The notes below the pieces were generated by a model, which saw only the letters and a program-made list of their open reading frames with translations, searched no databases and was not told where the DNA came from. From Candidatus Poribacteria bacterium (lineage in GTDB: Bacteria; Poribacteria; WGA-4E; WGA-3G): a DNA stretch of 64,000 nt. Position numbers and translations under genes: made by a program. This document shows, piece after piece, positions 1-10,581 of the stretch. Position 1 is the first letter of the stretch; every line of letters starts with the position of its first letter. The stretch spans positions 1,568,001 through 1,632,000 of the forward strand of contig OZ219753.1 of NCBI GenBank assembly GCA_964291315.2, read 5' to 3'.

Positions 1-112
1 TTTATAAAGTCAAATTAAAATTCGGACGCTTAACATTTCAAACCCTTGATTGAGATGACTGAATTCCAATTTTCAGTGTCGTTTCTCCACAAAACATGCT
101 ATCATAATTGCT

Positions 113-724
113 ATGAGTATGTTTCGTGAACATTGGATCGGTGGTCTAGTCGCTTATAGCTCTTTTTTCACCCTTTCTGTTATCATAACCATTACTATTT
201 CAGTCCTTCAGGGAGTTCCGCTGACTTGGAATCCAACTATTTCTTTGAATCCCATAAAGATCGCTGGGTGTTTCGCGATTGCAGTGCTCTTCGGATTGTG
301 GCCAGATGTTGATATCAAGAGCAAAAGTCAAAAGATCTTTTATAAAATCTTGTTTGTGTTGAATGTTGTGTTGATTGTTATAGGGCGGAAATATTTGGAA
401 GCAGCACTGCTTGGTCTATTTGCAATGCTTCCAATTATGAGTAAACACCGCGGATGGACACATGCGAAAGTTACAATGATTTTGCTACCCGGGCTGTTTC
501 TATTAGTGCCTATTTATGCTACATATCCAGAGTGGCGCAGCGGAGACACTCTTTTAGATTCTGTCAGCACCTTACTTGAATGGGAAGAACTACCGGGCGT
601 TCTCCGCACTGGTTTGCCGTTCTGTGTGGCGAGTTTTATCGGTTATGCGAGTCACCTCTATCTTGACGGGATCCTTTTTCGGTCTCGTAAATCCCAACGG
701 CAGAAGGCACGGGCAAAACAGTGA
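113..724 (+). CDS. Membrane-bound metal-dependent hydrolase (YdjM/DUF2227-like)
   Basis: Hydrophobic 203-aa ORF with H...PDVD, HRGWTH and GYASHLYLDG motifs typical of this family. Confidence 0.75.
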   Translation: MSMFREHWIGGLVAYSSFFTLSVIITITISVLQGVPLTWNPTISLNPIKIAGCFAIAVLFGLWPDVDIKSKSQKIFYKILFVLNVVLIVIGRKYLEAALLGLFAMLPIMSKHRGWTHAKVTMILLPGLFLLVPIYATYPEWRSGDTLLDSVSTLLEWEELPGVLRTGLPFCVASFIGYASHLYLDGILFRSRKSQRQKARAKQ

Positions 725-2055
725 GAATAAGCCACTCTACCCTCCATGAATTGTTTGGTAACCGCACTATGCAAGCATTGTGCGTTTTTGCAAAATCTCG
801 CGGGGTACGCCTCTATCTCGTAGGCGGTAGCGTCCGAGATCTGCTCCTCAAGCGTCAAACAACAGATTTTGATTTTGCCTTGGATGCCGATGCAATCCAC
901 TTTGCTAAGGCGTTTGCTGCTCATATCAAAGCGACTTGCATTCCCCTTGAAGAAAAACCACCGACTGCCCGCGTGGTTGTTAAGCAGTGCACTTCTTCAC
1001 AATCGGCACAATTAAGCATGGATTTTGCGCAATTCCGAGCCGCATCCCTCATAGATGATTTACGTTTGCGAGACTTGACAATCAATGCAATGGCGATAGG
1101 GTTTGAGAATGTGGATACGGTTATAGACCGCGCCGGTGGGGCAAATTGCTGCCGAGTTATTGATCCATGTGGCGGTATGGAGGATTTAAAGTTAAGAACG
1201 CTGCGATTCCCGAGCGAACGTGTGATCTGGGCGGATCCGATCCGTCTTCTGCGGATTTACAGATTCGCTGCACAGTTAGGATTTGAAATTTCCGAAAATT
1301 CAATCGATTTGGTACGGAAGCACCGCGGATTATTAGCAAGTGCCGCGGCGGAACGATGCCGTGACGAGTTGATGAAAGTTCTTGATGTTGAGAAATCCCA
1401 TCTATACTTGCGACAGATGGACACCGTTGGGATACTGACAGAAGTTTTGCCAGCTATCAACCGTGAGGGGGATGCGTGGAGGTCCCTTAAAACATTTGAG
1501 GAGACTCCGATTCCGTTAGCATTTCACGCCTATTGTCAGGAAATCAAAAACTATCTTCGGGACGAATTAGAAAATGGGGTGAGTCGGCGTTCCCTAATCA
1601 AAGTCATTCTACTGTTAGGGGCAAGCCTCGGCAATACTGGGAGACAGATTCGATTAAGCCGCAGGGCGACACAGTTTATGAAATTGATTACCGCTAAGTA
1701 TGCAGAATTTTTTCAAGATGCCAACACACAATTGACGCATGAACAGATAGTATATTTCCTCAGGACTTCTGCACCCTATTGGTGGGGGGTGCTTCTCTAT
1801 GCAGCTGCGTCACGTCCGACGGATTCGATGAGATTTAAACAGATAGCCGACACCTATTATGAACATATCCTTCCAATCCAAGAACAGGGGAGACTCATCA
1901 CTGGAGATGATTTAATTCAGATTTTCAGCTTAAAGGAGGGAAAACAGATTGGGAATTTGTTGGAGCAGATCGAAGAACTCCGATTTAAGGGTGAAGTCCG
2001 GACGCGGGAAGAAGCGCTCGCTGCCGTGGAGATATTAATTCGCAAGTTTCCGTAG
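721..2055 (+). CDS. Class II tRNA nucleotidyltransferase / poly(A) polymerase family, probably CC-adding type
   Basis: LYLVGGSVRDLLL..DFDF, RDLTINAMA, DPIRLLRIYRFAAQLGF and ERCRDEL motifs; C-terminal LITGDDL..G..IG..L; short segment in place of the flexible loop. Confidence 0.85.
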   Translation: MRISHSTLHELFGNRTMQALCVFAKSRGVRLYLVGGSVRDLLLKRQTTDFDFALDADAIHFAKAFAAHIKATCIPLEEKPPTARVVVKQCTSSQSAQLSMDFAQFRAASLIDDLRLRDLTINAMAIGFENVDTVIDRAGGANCCRVIDPCGGMEDLKLRTLRFPSERVIWADPIRLLRIYRFAAQLGFEISENSIDLVRKHRGLLASAAAERCRDELMKVLDVEKSHLYLRQMDTVGILTEVLPAINREGDAWRSLKTFEETPIPLAFHAYCQEIKNYLRDELENGVSRRSLIKVILLLGASLGNTGRQIRLSRRATQFMKLITAKYAEFFQDANTQLTHEQIVYFLRTSAPYWWGVLLYAAASRPTDSMRFKQIADTYYEHILPIQEQGRLITGDDLIQIFSLKEGKQIGNLLEQIEELRFKGEVRTREEALAAVEILIRKFP

Positions 2056-2071
2056 GGACCTCATCGAATGA

Positions 2072-2761
2072 CTAATGCCGGTCTGTTTGATGTCTCCGAA
2101 GATAGTTCGGAATGATCGATATGACCAGCATAAGCACGCCAGCGATTCCGAGATAGATCATGGTCCTCAAAATATTACCTTCGCCATTAACGAATGCACC
2201 TCCTAGCAGAACCAACGCTATTGTCCCCGGTAACATGAAAATGGCAGAGGTTAGTACGAATGTGGGGAACCGGATGTTTGTTAATCCATAAGCATAGTTT
2301 TGTAGGTTGAACGGGAAAATTGGAACCAAGCGTGTAAACATCAAAATCCGCCATCCTTGTACTTCAACCTGTTTATCTATTTTGCGAAATTGTTCGTTCT
2401 CCTTGACCCATCCTTCAACGAGATCGCGCGCAACATAGCGGGCTGTCAGAAAAGCACAAGAGACAGAAATGATAGAGCCGATAAAAGCATAAAAAACACC
2501 CCATAGCGGTCCGAAAACGAAACCGGCTAACACAGTTACTGGAAAACCGGGGAGAAAAAAGACGGTAGATAAGAGATAGAGTCCAATATAAACCAACGGA
2601 GCTATTACGCCAAAGCTTTCCACCCACGTTTTGATTTTCGGGACGTTTTCTAATCGAATATATGCTGTTATCCCGTAGTGCCTCAACACGAGATAAACAG
2701 ACACAATGATACTAGCAACAATCAGAATTTTAATCAGGTTTCTCTTCATTTTTTTTGGCAA
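2072..2761 (-). CDS. TVP38/TMEM64 (VTT/DedA superfamily) membrane protein
   Basis: FFLPG...LAGFVFGPLWG and RLVPIFPFNLQNYAYGLT motifs; start may be the ATG at 2749. Confidence 0.85.
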   Translation of the reverse strand: MPKKMKRNLIKILIVASIIVSVYLVLRHYGITAYIRLENVPKIKTWVESFGVIAPLVYIGLYLLSTVFFLPGFPVTVLAGFVFGPLWGVFYAFIGSIISVSCAFLTARYVARDLVEGWVKENEQFRKIDKQVEVQGWRILMFTRLVPIFPFNLQNYAYGLTNIRFPTFVLTSAIFMLPGTIALVLLGGAFVNGEGNILRTMIYLGIAGVLMLVISIIPNYLRRHQTDRH

Positions 2762-4238
2762 TTGCCTCTAGATATGCTTTAATCTGTGTTCGATATTTTA
2801 TAGGAATAAGGTTGTTGTTAATAGCTTCGGCGTATGTTCGCGTTGCGTTGAGAATGACATCACTGAAAGGCAGATATGGTGGAGCGTCGGTCCGGGGCTC
2901 ACCCATAAAAACGCCGGAGAAACTTTCTGAGTCGCCAGATGAACCGGCAGTGAGAGTAAGAGAGGCGCCGTTAACTTGTAAAGCCGGTGTTTCGTCCGAG
3001 ATCAGGGCCGTTGTCGGATCTCCTGCCTCTGTTATATTCTCTATTTTTTTATCATCGACCGCCTCTAATGTTGATTGAGGTTCGAAGTTGCTTTGAGCTT
3101 CACGCGTGCCTTGTACTTCACGCGTACCAGCATTTTGCCCAGGTGTACCCGCCGCATTGGCGATTCCGCCGTCAGAGCTTGTCGTTTGAATATCCGCAAG
3201 CGCTAACTCTTTCCTGTTCGCCATTAGTTCTGCTTCTAAACCGGCAAGGTTCGCTAATGTTTCGGCTTTCTGAAGTGTGTCGATAATGTCTTGCAAGTGC
3301 TCAAGTGTAACTGTCTTATCTTGAACCTGATTCAACGAATTACGCAGTGCACCTTCTGGAAGGTTTTCAACCAAACGTTCGAAGAGACTTTGCAGCTCCG
3401 CTCGGAGTTCTAGTGGTATCTCAGCCTGTTTTGTTATCTCTTTAAGTTCTGACCCAAGGTTGTCGGCATCCATACCGCGAAAGTGTTGGCTTGCTTTCAT
3501 CGCCTCCACAATAGCAGCTTGTGCTGAGTATGCTTTACGGACTTTTGTATTCAAGTCGCTGAGATGTTCTTGCGCTGTGTTGAGATCTGTTGTGACTTTT
3601 AGTCTACTTATTGTGGCTCGGATTTGCTTCTGGAGGGCTGGATCCTTGACTTGTTTCTGTTCAAGGCTTTGGACGACCCTATCTAATGCCTTTTGTTGGA
3701 ATTCGGTGAGCGGCCGCGGCACATCATAAAAAGTCGGGATGCCGAAAGATATACCTATCAATAAGATCGGAATCGGAAACATGCGCGATAACTGTGGTAC
3801 CCGATAGGGTTGGACTCTCTTTTTATCTAAGGTTCTTGCAGTCTTTGCTGCATCTCGAATTTGGGATTGTGCGAATTCGCCTTGCGTTGTATTTTGTATC
3901 AATCCAAAGGCTGTACTCAGTCTCTCTCTGAGATCCATTTTTTCATCAACAACTTGGGCGATAAATTGTAAGTCCTTCCAATGTTTAATGCTTAGGCAGA
4001 TACCTACTATCCCTGCTAAGAATATGACGATCCAAATGATACTTGACATTTGGATGGGCAAAAGAATCACTCGGCTCAAAAGAGACAAAATAGCAAGCAG
4101 AACAAGTCCACAGAAAATCGTATATGTAAGTGTTTGCAACAGGCCTTGTCTATACATTCTTGAACGGATATCGGTTAGACAGTTTCTGATCCGTTGCACG
4201 TTCGATGTTTCCATCTGACGGTGTTTAGATTTTACCAT
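2730..4238 (-). CDS. Hypothetical membrane-anchored coiled-coil protein
   Basis: Two N-terminal TM segments, LRERLSTA motif, long helical region, C-terminal IPIKYRTQIKAYLE motif resembling MoxR-cluster-associated proteins. Confidence 0.6.
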   Translation of the reverse strand: MVKSKHRQMETSNVQRIRNCLTDIRSRMYRQGLLQTLTYTIFCGLVLLAILSLLSRVILLPIQMSSIIWIVIFLAGIVGICLSIKHWKDLQFIAQVVDEKMDLRERLSTAFGLIQNTTQGEFAQSQIRDAAKTARTLDKKRVQPYRVPQLSRMFPIPILLIGISFGIPTFYDVPRPLTEFQQKALDRVVQSLEQKQVKDPALQKQIRATISRLKVTTDLNTAQEHLSDLNTKVRKAYSAQAAIVEAMKASQHFRGMDADNLGSELKEITKQAEIPLELRAELQSLFERLVENLPEGALRNSLNQVQDKTVTLEHLQDIIDTLQKAETLANLAGLEAELMANRKELALADIQTTSSDGGIANAAGTPGQNAGTREVQGTREAQSNFEPQSTLEAVDDKKIENITEAGDPTTALISDETPALQVNGASLTLTAGSSGDSESFSGVFMGEPRTDAPPYLPFSDVILNATRTYAEAINNNLIPIKYRTQIKAYLEAIAKKNEEKPD

Positions 4239-5248
4239 GCAAGCCTCTCCACTGTTGCCATAACGGTATCCGGGGTAATTGCTGCAAGATTCTCGAGCGC
4301 TCGGTCAGGATATGCATCCCACTCCTTCGACGATAGCGTTTTCATAAACGGGCACGATTCACGCTTAACCACAGCATGCTTGTTCCACGGTGGAGCCCAC
4401 TGAATGAGATTTGACGCCCCAAACAAAGCGACCGTTGGTGTTTTAACTGCCGTGCCGAGATGCATCGGTCCCGTATCGTTGCTAATGTATAGGTGACACC
4501 GTTGGAGAAGTGCTGCGAGTTGCATCGGAGTCGCCTGATTGATAATGATCGGAGAGTGTGACATCTGCTTGGCTACTTCGCTTGCCAACTCACCTTCACG
4601 GGGACCGGTTGTGATGAGAATATGTGCGCTGTACGCTTTGTGAAGTTGATCACCGAGAGCTGCAAAATTCGCGGTACTCCAACGGCGGTAAGCAGTCGCT
4701 GCCCCCGGATTCAGACCAACGACCGGATTGCTGTCATTGACTTTCTGGTTTTCAAGAAGGTCATTCGCCCACGCCATACCGTCCTTGTCGACAAATACCT
4801 CCGGTTCATCGTCTGTGACTGCAATGCCCAATGCGCGAACCACATCGAGATAACGTTGCGTTTCATGCTGCACTGTGTTATTCGGGACAGCTAGACGTAA
4901 CAGCTTCTTGCCGCCAGTATTTGTTTCAAATCCGACGCGAATTGGAATCCGGGCAAGGAATGTATGGAGCACCAAACGAAAAGTGGGTTGTAGCACAACC
5001 GCCATCTGGAAACTCTCGCGAGCGATTTGATAAATGAGTTTCGGTACCGATGCCTGATAGGTAAGTACCTTGTTTAGGTGCGGATTTGCGGATACCAAAT
5101 CTTCTCGTGTAGGTGCTACCATGTAAGCAATATAGGCATCACGGAAATGCTGACGTAGGGCACGGATAACAGGAGTCGTCAGAACCGTCTCGCCCAAAGG
5201 CGCAAGTCTAATAATTAAGATACGTTCAATCCGCTCAAGGGCAAACAT
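4232..5248 (-). CDS. Glycosyltransferase family 9 (LPS heptosyltransferase II-like)
   Basis: RILIIRLAPLGETVLTTP, GLNPGA...RRW and ISNDTGPMHL motifs; ATG at 5248 preferred over the ORF-track start at 5377. Confidence 0.85.
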   Translation of the reverse strand: MFALERIERILIIRLAPLGETVLTTPVIRALRQHFRDAYIAYMVAPTREDLVSANPHLNKVLTYQASVPKLIYQIARESFQMAVVLQPTFRLVLHTFLARIPIRVGFETNTGGKKLLRLAVPNNTVQHETQRYLDVVRALGIAVTDDEPEVFVDKDGMAWANDLLENQKVNDSNPVVGLNPGAATAYRRWSTANFAALGDQLHKAYSAHILITTGPREGELASEVAKQMSHSPIIINQATPMQLAALLQRCHLYISNDTGPMHLGTAVKTPTVALFGASNLIQWAPPWNKHAVVKRESCPFMKTLSSKEWDAYPDRALENLAAITPDTVMATVERLAW

Positions 5249-5426
5249 TCTATCTTTATTTTTGTATATTTCGCACAGTCGAATCTTGGACAACTCGTGT
5301 CCGTAACAGGGACGTTTAATTTTCTTATAGGACAGAAACCCCAAAGCCTGACTTTCCCTATAGGAGGGATTTTCCAATCCTGACTCCTCTTAAATTGAAT
5401 AGCCACAGTATCCGTAAATCCATCTA

Positions 5427-5455
5427 TTGCTAATTTTTGTCGGTAACGGTATAAT
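5427..5455 (+). promoter_or_regulatory. Sigma70-type promoter for the CPBP gene
   Basis: TTGCTA-17 bp-TATAAT, 25 nt upstream of the ATG at 5481. Confidence 0.55.
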
Positions 5456-5480
5456 ACCCTAAAATCAGTCGGATGTCAAG

Positions 5481-6215
5481 ATGAATTTCCAGATTCAGAC
5501 CTTAAAAGAGAAGTATCTACGAGGTTGGGAACGACAAGCAACTGTTGTTCTGATTGCCTCTGCCCTATTGTTAACGTTGCATAGATATTACAGCCGACGC
5601 AGTTTCTTCAACCGCCACTTTGCTGAATACTTTGGCAGTGGACCTCTGGCAGATAGTTACGCCTACTACTACTGGTTTTTGACAACAGCAGTTACGTTAT
5701 TACTCGTTCCTGCCCTCGTTGCAAGATTCGGAACAAAAGAGAGACTGAGGAACTATGGATGCCAACTCGGAGATCAGAAACTTGGCTGGAGTGTCACTGC
5801 GGCGGCATGGTTTCTGATGATTCCGGTGGTTATTTTTGCTGTCATTGTGTATCCGCCTTTTGTAGCGAAGTATCCGCTCAGCAAAGTCGTTGCAAGCAGT
5901 TGGCAGACATTTCTGTCTTATCAACTTGCCTACGGCGTTTACATGTTTTCTTGGGAATTTTTCTTCCGTGGATTTATGATCTTCGGATTGGAACGAAAAT
6001 TTGGGAACTACAGCATTTTGATTCAAACGATTCCGTTTGCAGTAATGCACTATTCGAAGCCGTTGCCAGAGGCACTTGGTTCAATAGTCGCGGGTGTATT
6101 GCTCGGCGTACTCGCCTTGGAGACGCGTTCATTTATCTATGGTGCGGTGATCCATTGGCTCGTCGCGATGACGATGGACGTCATGGCAGTCACCTTTCGG
6201 CATTTCTTTCTCTAA
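5481..6215 (+). CDS. CPBP (Abi/CAAX type II) intramembrane metalloprotease
   Basis: WEFFFRG, FAVMH and H(WLV)..D motifs in a multi-TM protein. Confidence 0.85.
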   Translation: MNFQIQTLKEKYLRGWERQATVVLIASALLLTLHRYYSRRSFFNRHFAEYFGSGPLADSYAYYYWFLTTAVTLLLVPALVARFGTKERLRNYGCQLGDQKLGWSVTAAAWFLMIPVVIFAVIVYPPFVAKYPLSKVVASSWQTFLSYQLAYGVYMFSWEFFFRGFMIFGLERKFGNYSILIQTIPFAVMHYSKPLPEALGSIVAGVLLGVLALETRSFIYGAVIHWLVAMTMDVMAVTFRHFFL

Positions 6216-6407
6216 AAATTTTATTGCGGATGCCCGGCAATTGTGTTATATACTCATGGTATTGTTAAAAACCGTTCTGAAACATGGGAAGATCCGGTGA
6301 TCCTTTTCGTACTCCAAGTGCATTGTAAAGAACGAAGAACAATGTCTTTACAAGATTTCTCGATCGTTTCAGAAACCTACTAATCTTTTATATAAAGCGA
6401 AAAAAGA

Positions 6408-7700
6408 ATGGATAATATTACAAAAATTGTAAACGACTTCGGCGAAAATATTGTTCGGGTAGATGGTGACATTCCTGTCGATCTACCAACAAGAGACGGC
6501 GACCGGTTTTTATTTATTAGTCACGACCAAAGGTTTCTTACACACAGTTTGCACAAATATCCTGCCAAATTTTTCCCTGAGTTACCGCGCTGGCTCATTA
6601 AGCGTTATTCTCAAGAAAACGACTATATTCTTGATCCGTTTGCGGGCAGCGGTACTACAAACGTCGAGGCACTTCTTTTAAAGCGAAACTCGGTCGGAAT
6701 TGATGTTGATCCATTTTCACGTTTCATTTCAAAAGTGAAAGTAACACCTTTATCGGAAAAAGACCTCAGAGGCGCGCACAAAATCCTTTTAGATGTTATC
6801 CTTAATTATCGGCCTTCGCTTGTCGCTGAATCTGATTTACCGAAGTTTCCTTACAGGGACAACTGGTTCAATAAAGAAATTTTGCTGGAGCTAACCTATC
6901 TAAAAAAGCAGATTGAGCTCCTTGATACTGAGGAGAGCGTCAAAGATTTCTTCAAAGTTTGTCTTTCATCTATTATCCGCGCTGTCTCCAACGCCGATGA
7001 CAATTGCACTCGTACAGTGATTCGGAAAAAATTAAATAAATCGGTTCGTCCTTCAGACGCACTGAAGCGCTTTGCGAAAGCACTCCATACCAAAGTCCCT
7101 AAAATGATGGATTTTTCTCAAAGATATCCATCAGGTGTAACTGCTGACTTTCCAGAGAACATGGACGCAAGGAACATCAACTACGAATCGGAGCACTTCG
7201 ATTTGGCGGTAACCTCGCCGCCTTATGTCAATGCCGTTGACTATCCGAGAACCCACCAATTGGAAATGTACTGGTTGGGCTTCGCGCAGAACTCACTTGT
7301 CCCCTTGAAAAAGCGAAACGTCGGCACGGAAAGCGTTTCAGCTATTCATTATAAAGTCCGACACGAGATGGGAGTGCCTGAGGCAGATACGGTTATAGCG
7401 GAGATTTTTAAAGATGATCCGAGACGCGCGTTTATTGCGTTCAAGTATTTAGAAGATATGCGAAAAAATCTTACCGAAGTTCATAAGGTGTTGTGCAAAG
7501 GCGGTAGATATATTATCGTCGTTGGTAATAACCGCATTAGGGGACGACTGTTTGAGAATTGGAAATATCTGATGGCAATTGCTGAAGATATTGGCTTCTA
7601 TATTGAAACTTACTTTGGTTCAGAGATTATTAAACATTTTATTAAAGTACCCAGAGGAGAACGCATCAACACTGATTGGGTTTTAGTTTTGAAAAAATAA
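6408..7700 (+). CDS. Amino-DNA methyltransferase, alpha order, probably N4-cytosine
   Basis: HKYPAKF, motif I ILDPFAGSGTT and, later, motif IV VTSPPY. Confidence 0.85.
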   Translation: MDNITKIVNDFGENIVRVDGDIPVDLPTRDGDRFLFISHDQRFLTHSLHKYPAKFFPELPRWLIKRYSQENDYILDPFAGSGTTNVEALLLKRNSVGIDVDPFSRFISKVKVTPLSEKDLRGAHKILLDVILNYRPSLVAESDLPKFPYRDNWFNKEILLELTYLKKQIELLDTEESVKDFFKVCLSSIIRAVSNADDNCTRTVIRKKLNKSVRPSDALKRFAKALHTKVPKMMDFSQRYPSGVTADFPENMDARNINYESEHFDLAVTSPPYVNAVDYPRTHQLEMYWLGFAQNSLVPLKKRNVGTESVSAIHYKVRHEMGVPEADTVIAEIFKDDPRRAFIAFKYLEDMRKNLTEVHKVLCKGGRYIIVVGNNRIRGRLFENWKYLMAIAEDIGFYIETYFGSEIIKHFIKVPRGERINTDWVLVLKK

Positions 7701-7718
7701 TGAAACAGGGGTAGAAGC

Positions 7719-8237
7719 ATGGTTGACAGAGAAGAAACAGGTAGACAAGCATCCGTAGCTGGATTTGCTCATGAGCATATCGCTACTGGAATTTTAATGA
7801 AAAGATACCAGAACGTTTCATTGGTCGATTTACCTTTATCACCGTACGACATTATCATCGTCCGCAAGAAGTCAGATGGCAATGAGGACATCATCCGAGC
7901 GCAAGTGAAAACGGCAACCCAATCCGTTTCCTTTACTGGGGGCGGAAGAGGAGGAGTTGATAGGGAGTACAAATCTGACGTTAAGACTTATACGCAATCC
8001 ACAGCGACCTCAGATGTTGTCATTGGAGTTCATCCAACAAACAATAATGCATTTGAACTCTACTTTGTTCCGACTGTTCTCATTGAAGAACTCAAGCAGA
8101 AGAGCATTTCTGTTAACAAAATTCGAGATTTAAAGGAAAACTATTACATTTTAGAAAATTGCAAAGATAAGAAAACAGTAATCAATAAATGTAGAGAATA
8201 TGGAATTCTCTTATCAAATTCTCGTTGTACTTTCTAG
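7719..8237 (+). CDS. Small PD-(D/E)xK-family nuclease, probable restriction partner of the upstream methyltransferase
   Basis: G..HE, SPYDIII and RAQVKT motifs; 18 nt after the MTase stop; AT-rich. Confidence 0.65.
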   Translation: MVDREETGRQASVAGFAHEHIATGILMKRYQNVSLVDLPLSPYDIIIVRKKSDGNEDIIRAQVKTATQSVSFTGGGRGGVDREYKSDVKTYTQSTATSDVVIGVHPTNNNAFELYFVPTVLIEELKQKSISVNKIRDLKENYYILENCKDKKTVINKCREYGILLSNSRCTF

Positions 8238-8540
8238 TAATTTATCCATCTTGAATTTTAAGGCATGTTAACCGTATGAACGAGAGAACCACGCCCTACA
8301 CCAAAATGGTTTGGAGGGTTTAGATGGTATTCGTCTTGGCTTGCTAAAACGTGTTGCTGGATCTAGTAAGAGAATTCATTGTATAGGCTACTTTACCGAT
8401 AGTATATAAAATAGCAAGTAATGCCTCTTGTTCTTGTAAGGAGAATACCATAGTTAACATAAAGCGAGCCACTAAGTATTAGGGTTTCACATTTGAGAAA
8501 TCTGACAATTCGATCACACTTCACGTACAGGAGAAAGTAA

Positions 8541-10484
8541 ATGGTTAACAATGTTTTTCCACCGGTGGAAACCGACTATCCTATTGACTCCGCGCACGTC
8601 AACAGCTTAAAGGCATACCAAGCAAAGTATGCCGAATCCATCCGAGACCCCGAAGAATTTTGGGCAACAGTGGCAGACCGATTGGCGTGGTATCAGAAAT
8701 GGCATACTGTTCACGATTATGACTTCGTTACAGCAGAAATTAAATGGTTTGAAGGCGGTACACTGAACGCTTGTTATAACTGCCTTGATCGACATGTAGA
8801 GGCTGGGCACGCGGATACAACCGCTATTATTTGGGAGGGAAACGACCCGTCCGAAGATCAGAGATTTAGTTACGGTGAACTTCTCGCCGAGGTAAAAAAG
8901 TTCGCCAATCTCTTGAAAGCAGAAGGTGTCGGGAAAGGGGATCGCGTCTGCATCTACCTGCAAATGGTTCCTGAGTTAGCGATCGCGATGTTGGCGTGTG
9001 CAAGAATTGGCGCTATACATTCCATCGTCTTTGGTGCTTTTTCAGCGGAAGCCCTGCGTGACAGAATTAACGACTCAGCGTGTAAAATGCTCATTACCCA
9101 AGATACCGCGGTGCGCGGCCCCCGGGGCGACATCCCGATGAAGGCAAACGCCGATGCCGCGGTTGCCGAATGTCCGTCAATTGAGAAAGTCATTGTTGTC
9201 AGACGCACCGGGGACCCGGTCGACTTTGACGCATCGCGAGATATTTGGTGGCATGAGGCGATAGTAGAAGCAGACACGGAATGTGAACCCGAGGTTATGA
9301 ATGCCGAAGACCCGCTCTTTATTTTGTACACTTCCGGGTCAACAGGAAAGCCGAAAGGGGTCTTGCATACAACAGGCGGTTACCTCGTTTATACCTCTTA
9401 CACACACCAACAGATTTTTGACTACCACAAAGGTGATGTCTATTGGTGTACCGCCGACATAGGATGGATTACCGGGCACTCTTACATTATCTACGGGCCC
9501 CTTGCAAATCGGGCAATTACTGTTATGTTTGAAGGGGTTCCCAACTATCCGGACTTTGGAAGATTTTGGCAGATTGTCGAAAAGCACGGCATTAATATCT
9601 TCTACACCGCTCCAACCGCGCTCCGCGCCTTGATGAAGGAAGGCGATGCATGGGTCGAGAAGGCCGACCGCTCCACACTCAGGTTGCTCGGCACAGTTGG
9701 TGAACCTATCAAAGAACCCGAATGGCTGTGGTACTATAATGTAGTTGGTAACAAACGTTGTCCTATTGTCGATACGTGGTGGCAGACTGAGACAGGCGGA
9801 ATCCTCATCACTCCGCTCCCCGCAGCAACGCCATTAAAACCCGGGTCAGCAACCTTTCCGTTCTTTGGAATTGAACCGGTGATACTCGACGAAGCCGGGA
9901 ACGAAGTCAAAGGCAATCCTGCAACAGGCTATCTCTGTATGAAAACCGCCTGGCCCGGTATTATGCGGACGATCTACGGCGATCATGATCGGTTTTTGGA
10001 TACCTATTTTCGCCGATTCCCCGGTTACTATATGACAGGAGATGGGGTCCTGCGTGATGAAGAGGGTTACTATTGGATTACAGGTCGTGTAGACGACGTT
10101 CTGAATGTTTCTGGGCACCGGTTGGGAACCGCCGAAGTTGAAGGCGCTATCGGGCAACATGAGGCGGTTGCAGAAGCAGCCGTAGTCGCCTACCCTCACG
10201 ACATCAAGGGGCAAGGTATTTACGCTTATGTCACGCTAATGACAGGTGAATCTCCATCTAATACAATAGAAACGGGGATCAAACAGGCAGTCCGACGACA
10301 TATTGGCCCTATCGCTACACCTGACAAGATCCAGTTTACATCCGCATTGCCGAAAACGAGATCCGGGAAAATTATGCGCCGTATCCTCCGAAAAATAGCA
10401 GAAGGTGATATCACTGAACTCGGTGATACCTCAACCCTCGCTGATCCGACGGTTGTTGAGACATTGGTTGAAGGGAGGCAGTAG
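8541..10484 (+). CDS. acs: Acetyl-CoA synthetase
   Basis: [57 protein letters not shown]; RBS AGGAG. Confidence 0.97.
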   Translation: MVNNVFPPVETDYPIDSAHVNSLKAYQAKYAESIRDPEEFWATVADRLAWYQKWHTVHDYDFVTAEIKWFEGGTLNACYNCLDRHVEAGHADTTAIIWEGNDPSEDQRFSYGELLAEVKKFANLLKAEGVGKGDRVCIYLQMVPELAIAMLACARIGAIHSIVFGAFSAEALRDRINDSACKMLITQDTAVRGPRGDIPMKANADAAVAECPSIEKVIVVRRTGDPVDFDASRDIWWHEAIVEADTECEPEVMNAEDPLFILYTSGSTGKPKGVLHTTGGYLVYTSYTHQQIFDYHKGDVYWCTADIGWITGHSYIIYGPLANRAITVMFEGVPNYPDFGRFWQIVEKHGINIFYTAPTALRALMKEGDAWVEKADRSTLRLLGTVGEPIKEPEWLWYYNVVGNKRCPIVDTWWQTETGGILITPLPAATPLKPGSATFPFFGIEPVILDEAGNEVKGNPATGYLCMKTAWPGIMRTIYGDHDRFLDTYFRRFPGYYMTGDGVLRDEEGYYWITGRVDDVLNVSGHRLGTAEVEGAIGQHEAVAEAAVVAYPHDIKGQGIYAYVTLMTGESPSNTIETGIKQAVRRHIGPIATPDKIQFTSALPKTRSGKIMRRILRKIAEGDITELGDTSTLADPTVVETLVEGRQ

Positions 10485-10581
10485 ACTTTAGGATCGCAAC
10501 CGCTGTCAGAAACCCCCGGCCAGGCGAAGAAGATATCCGTGACTTCCACAGACTGATTGTTCACTACCGACCGCCATATTT

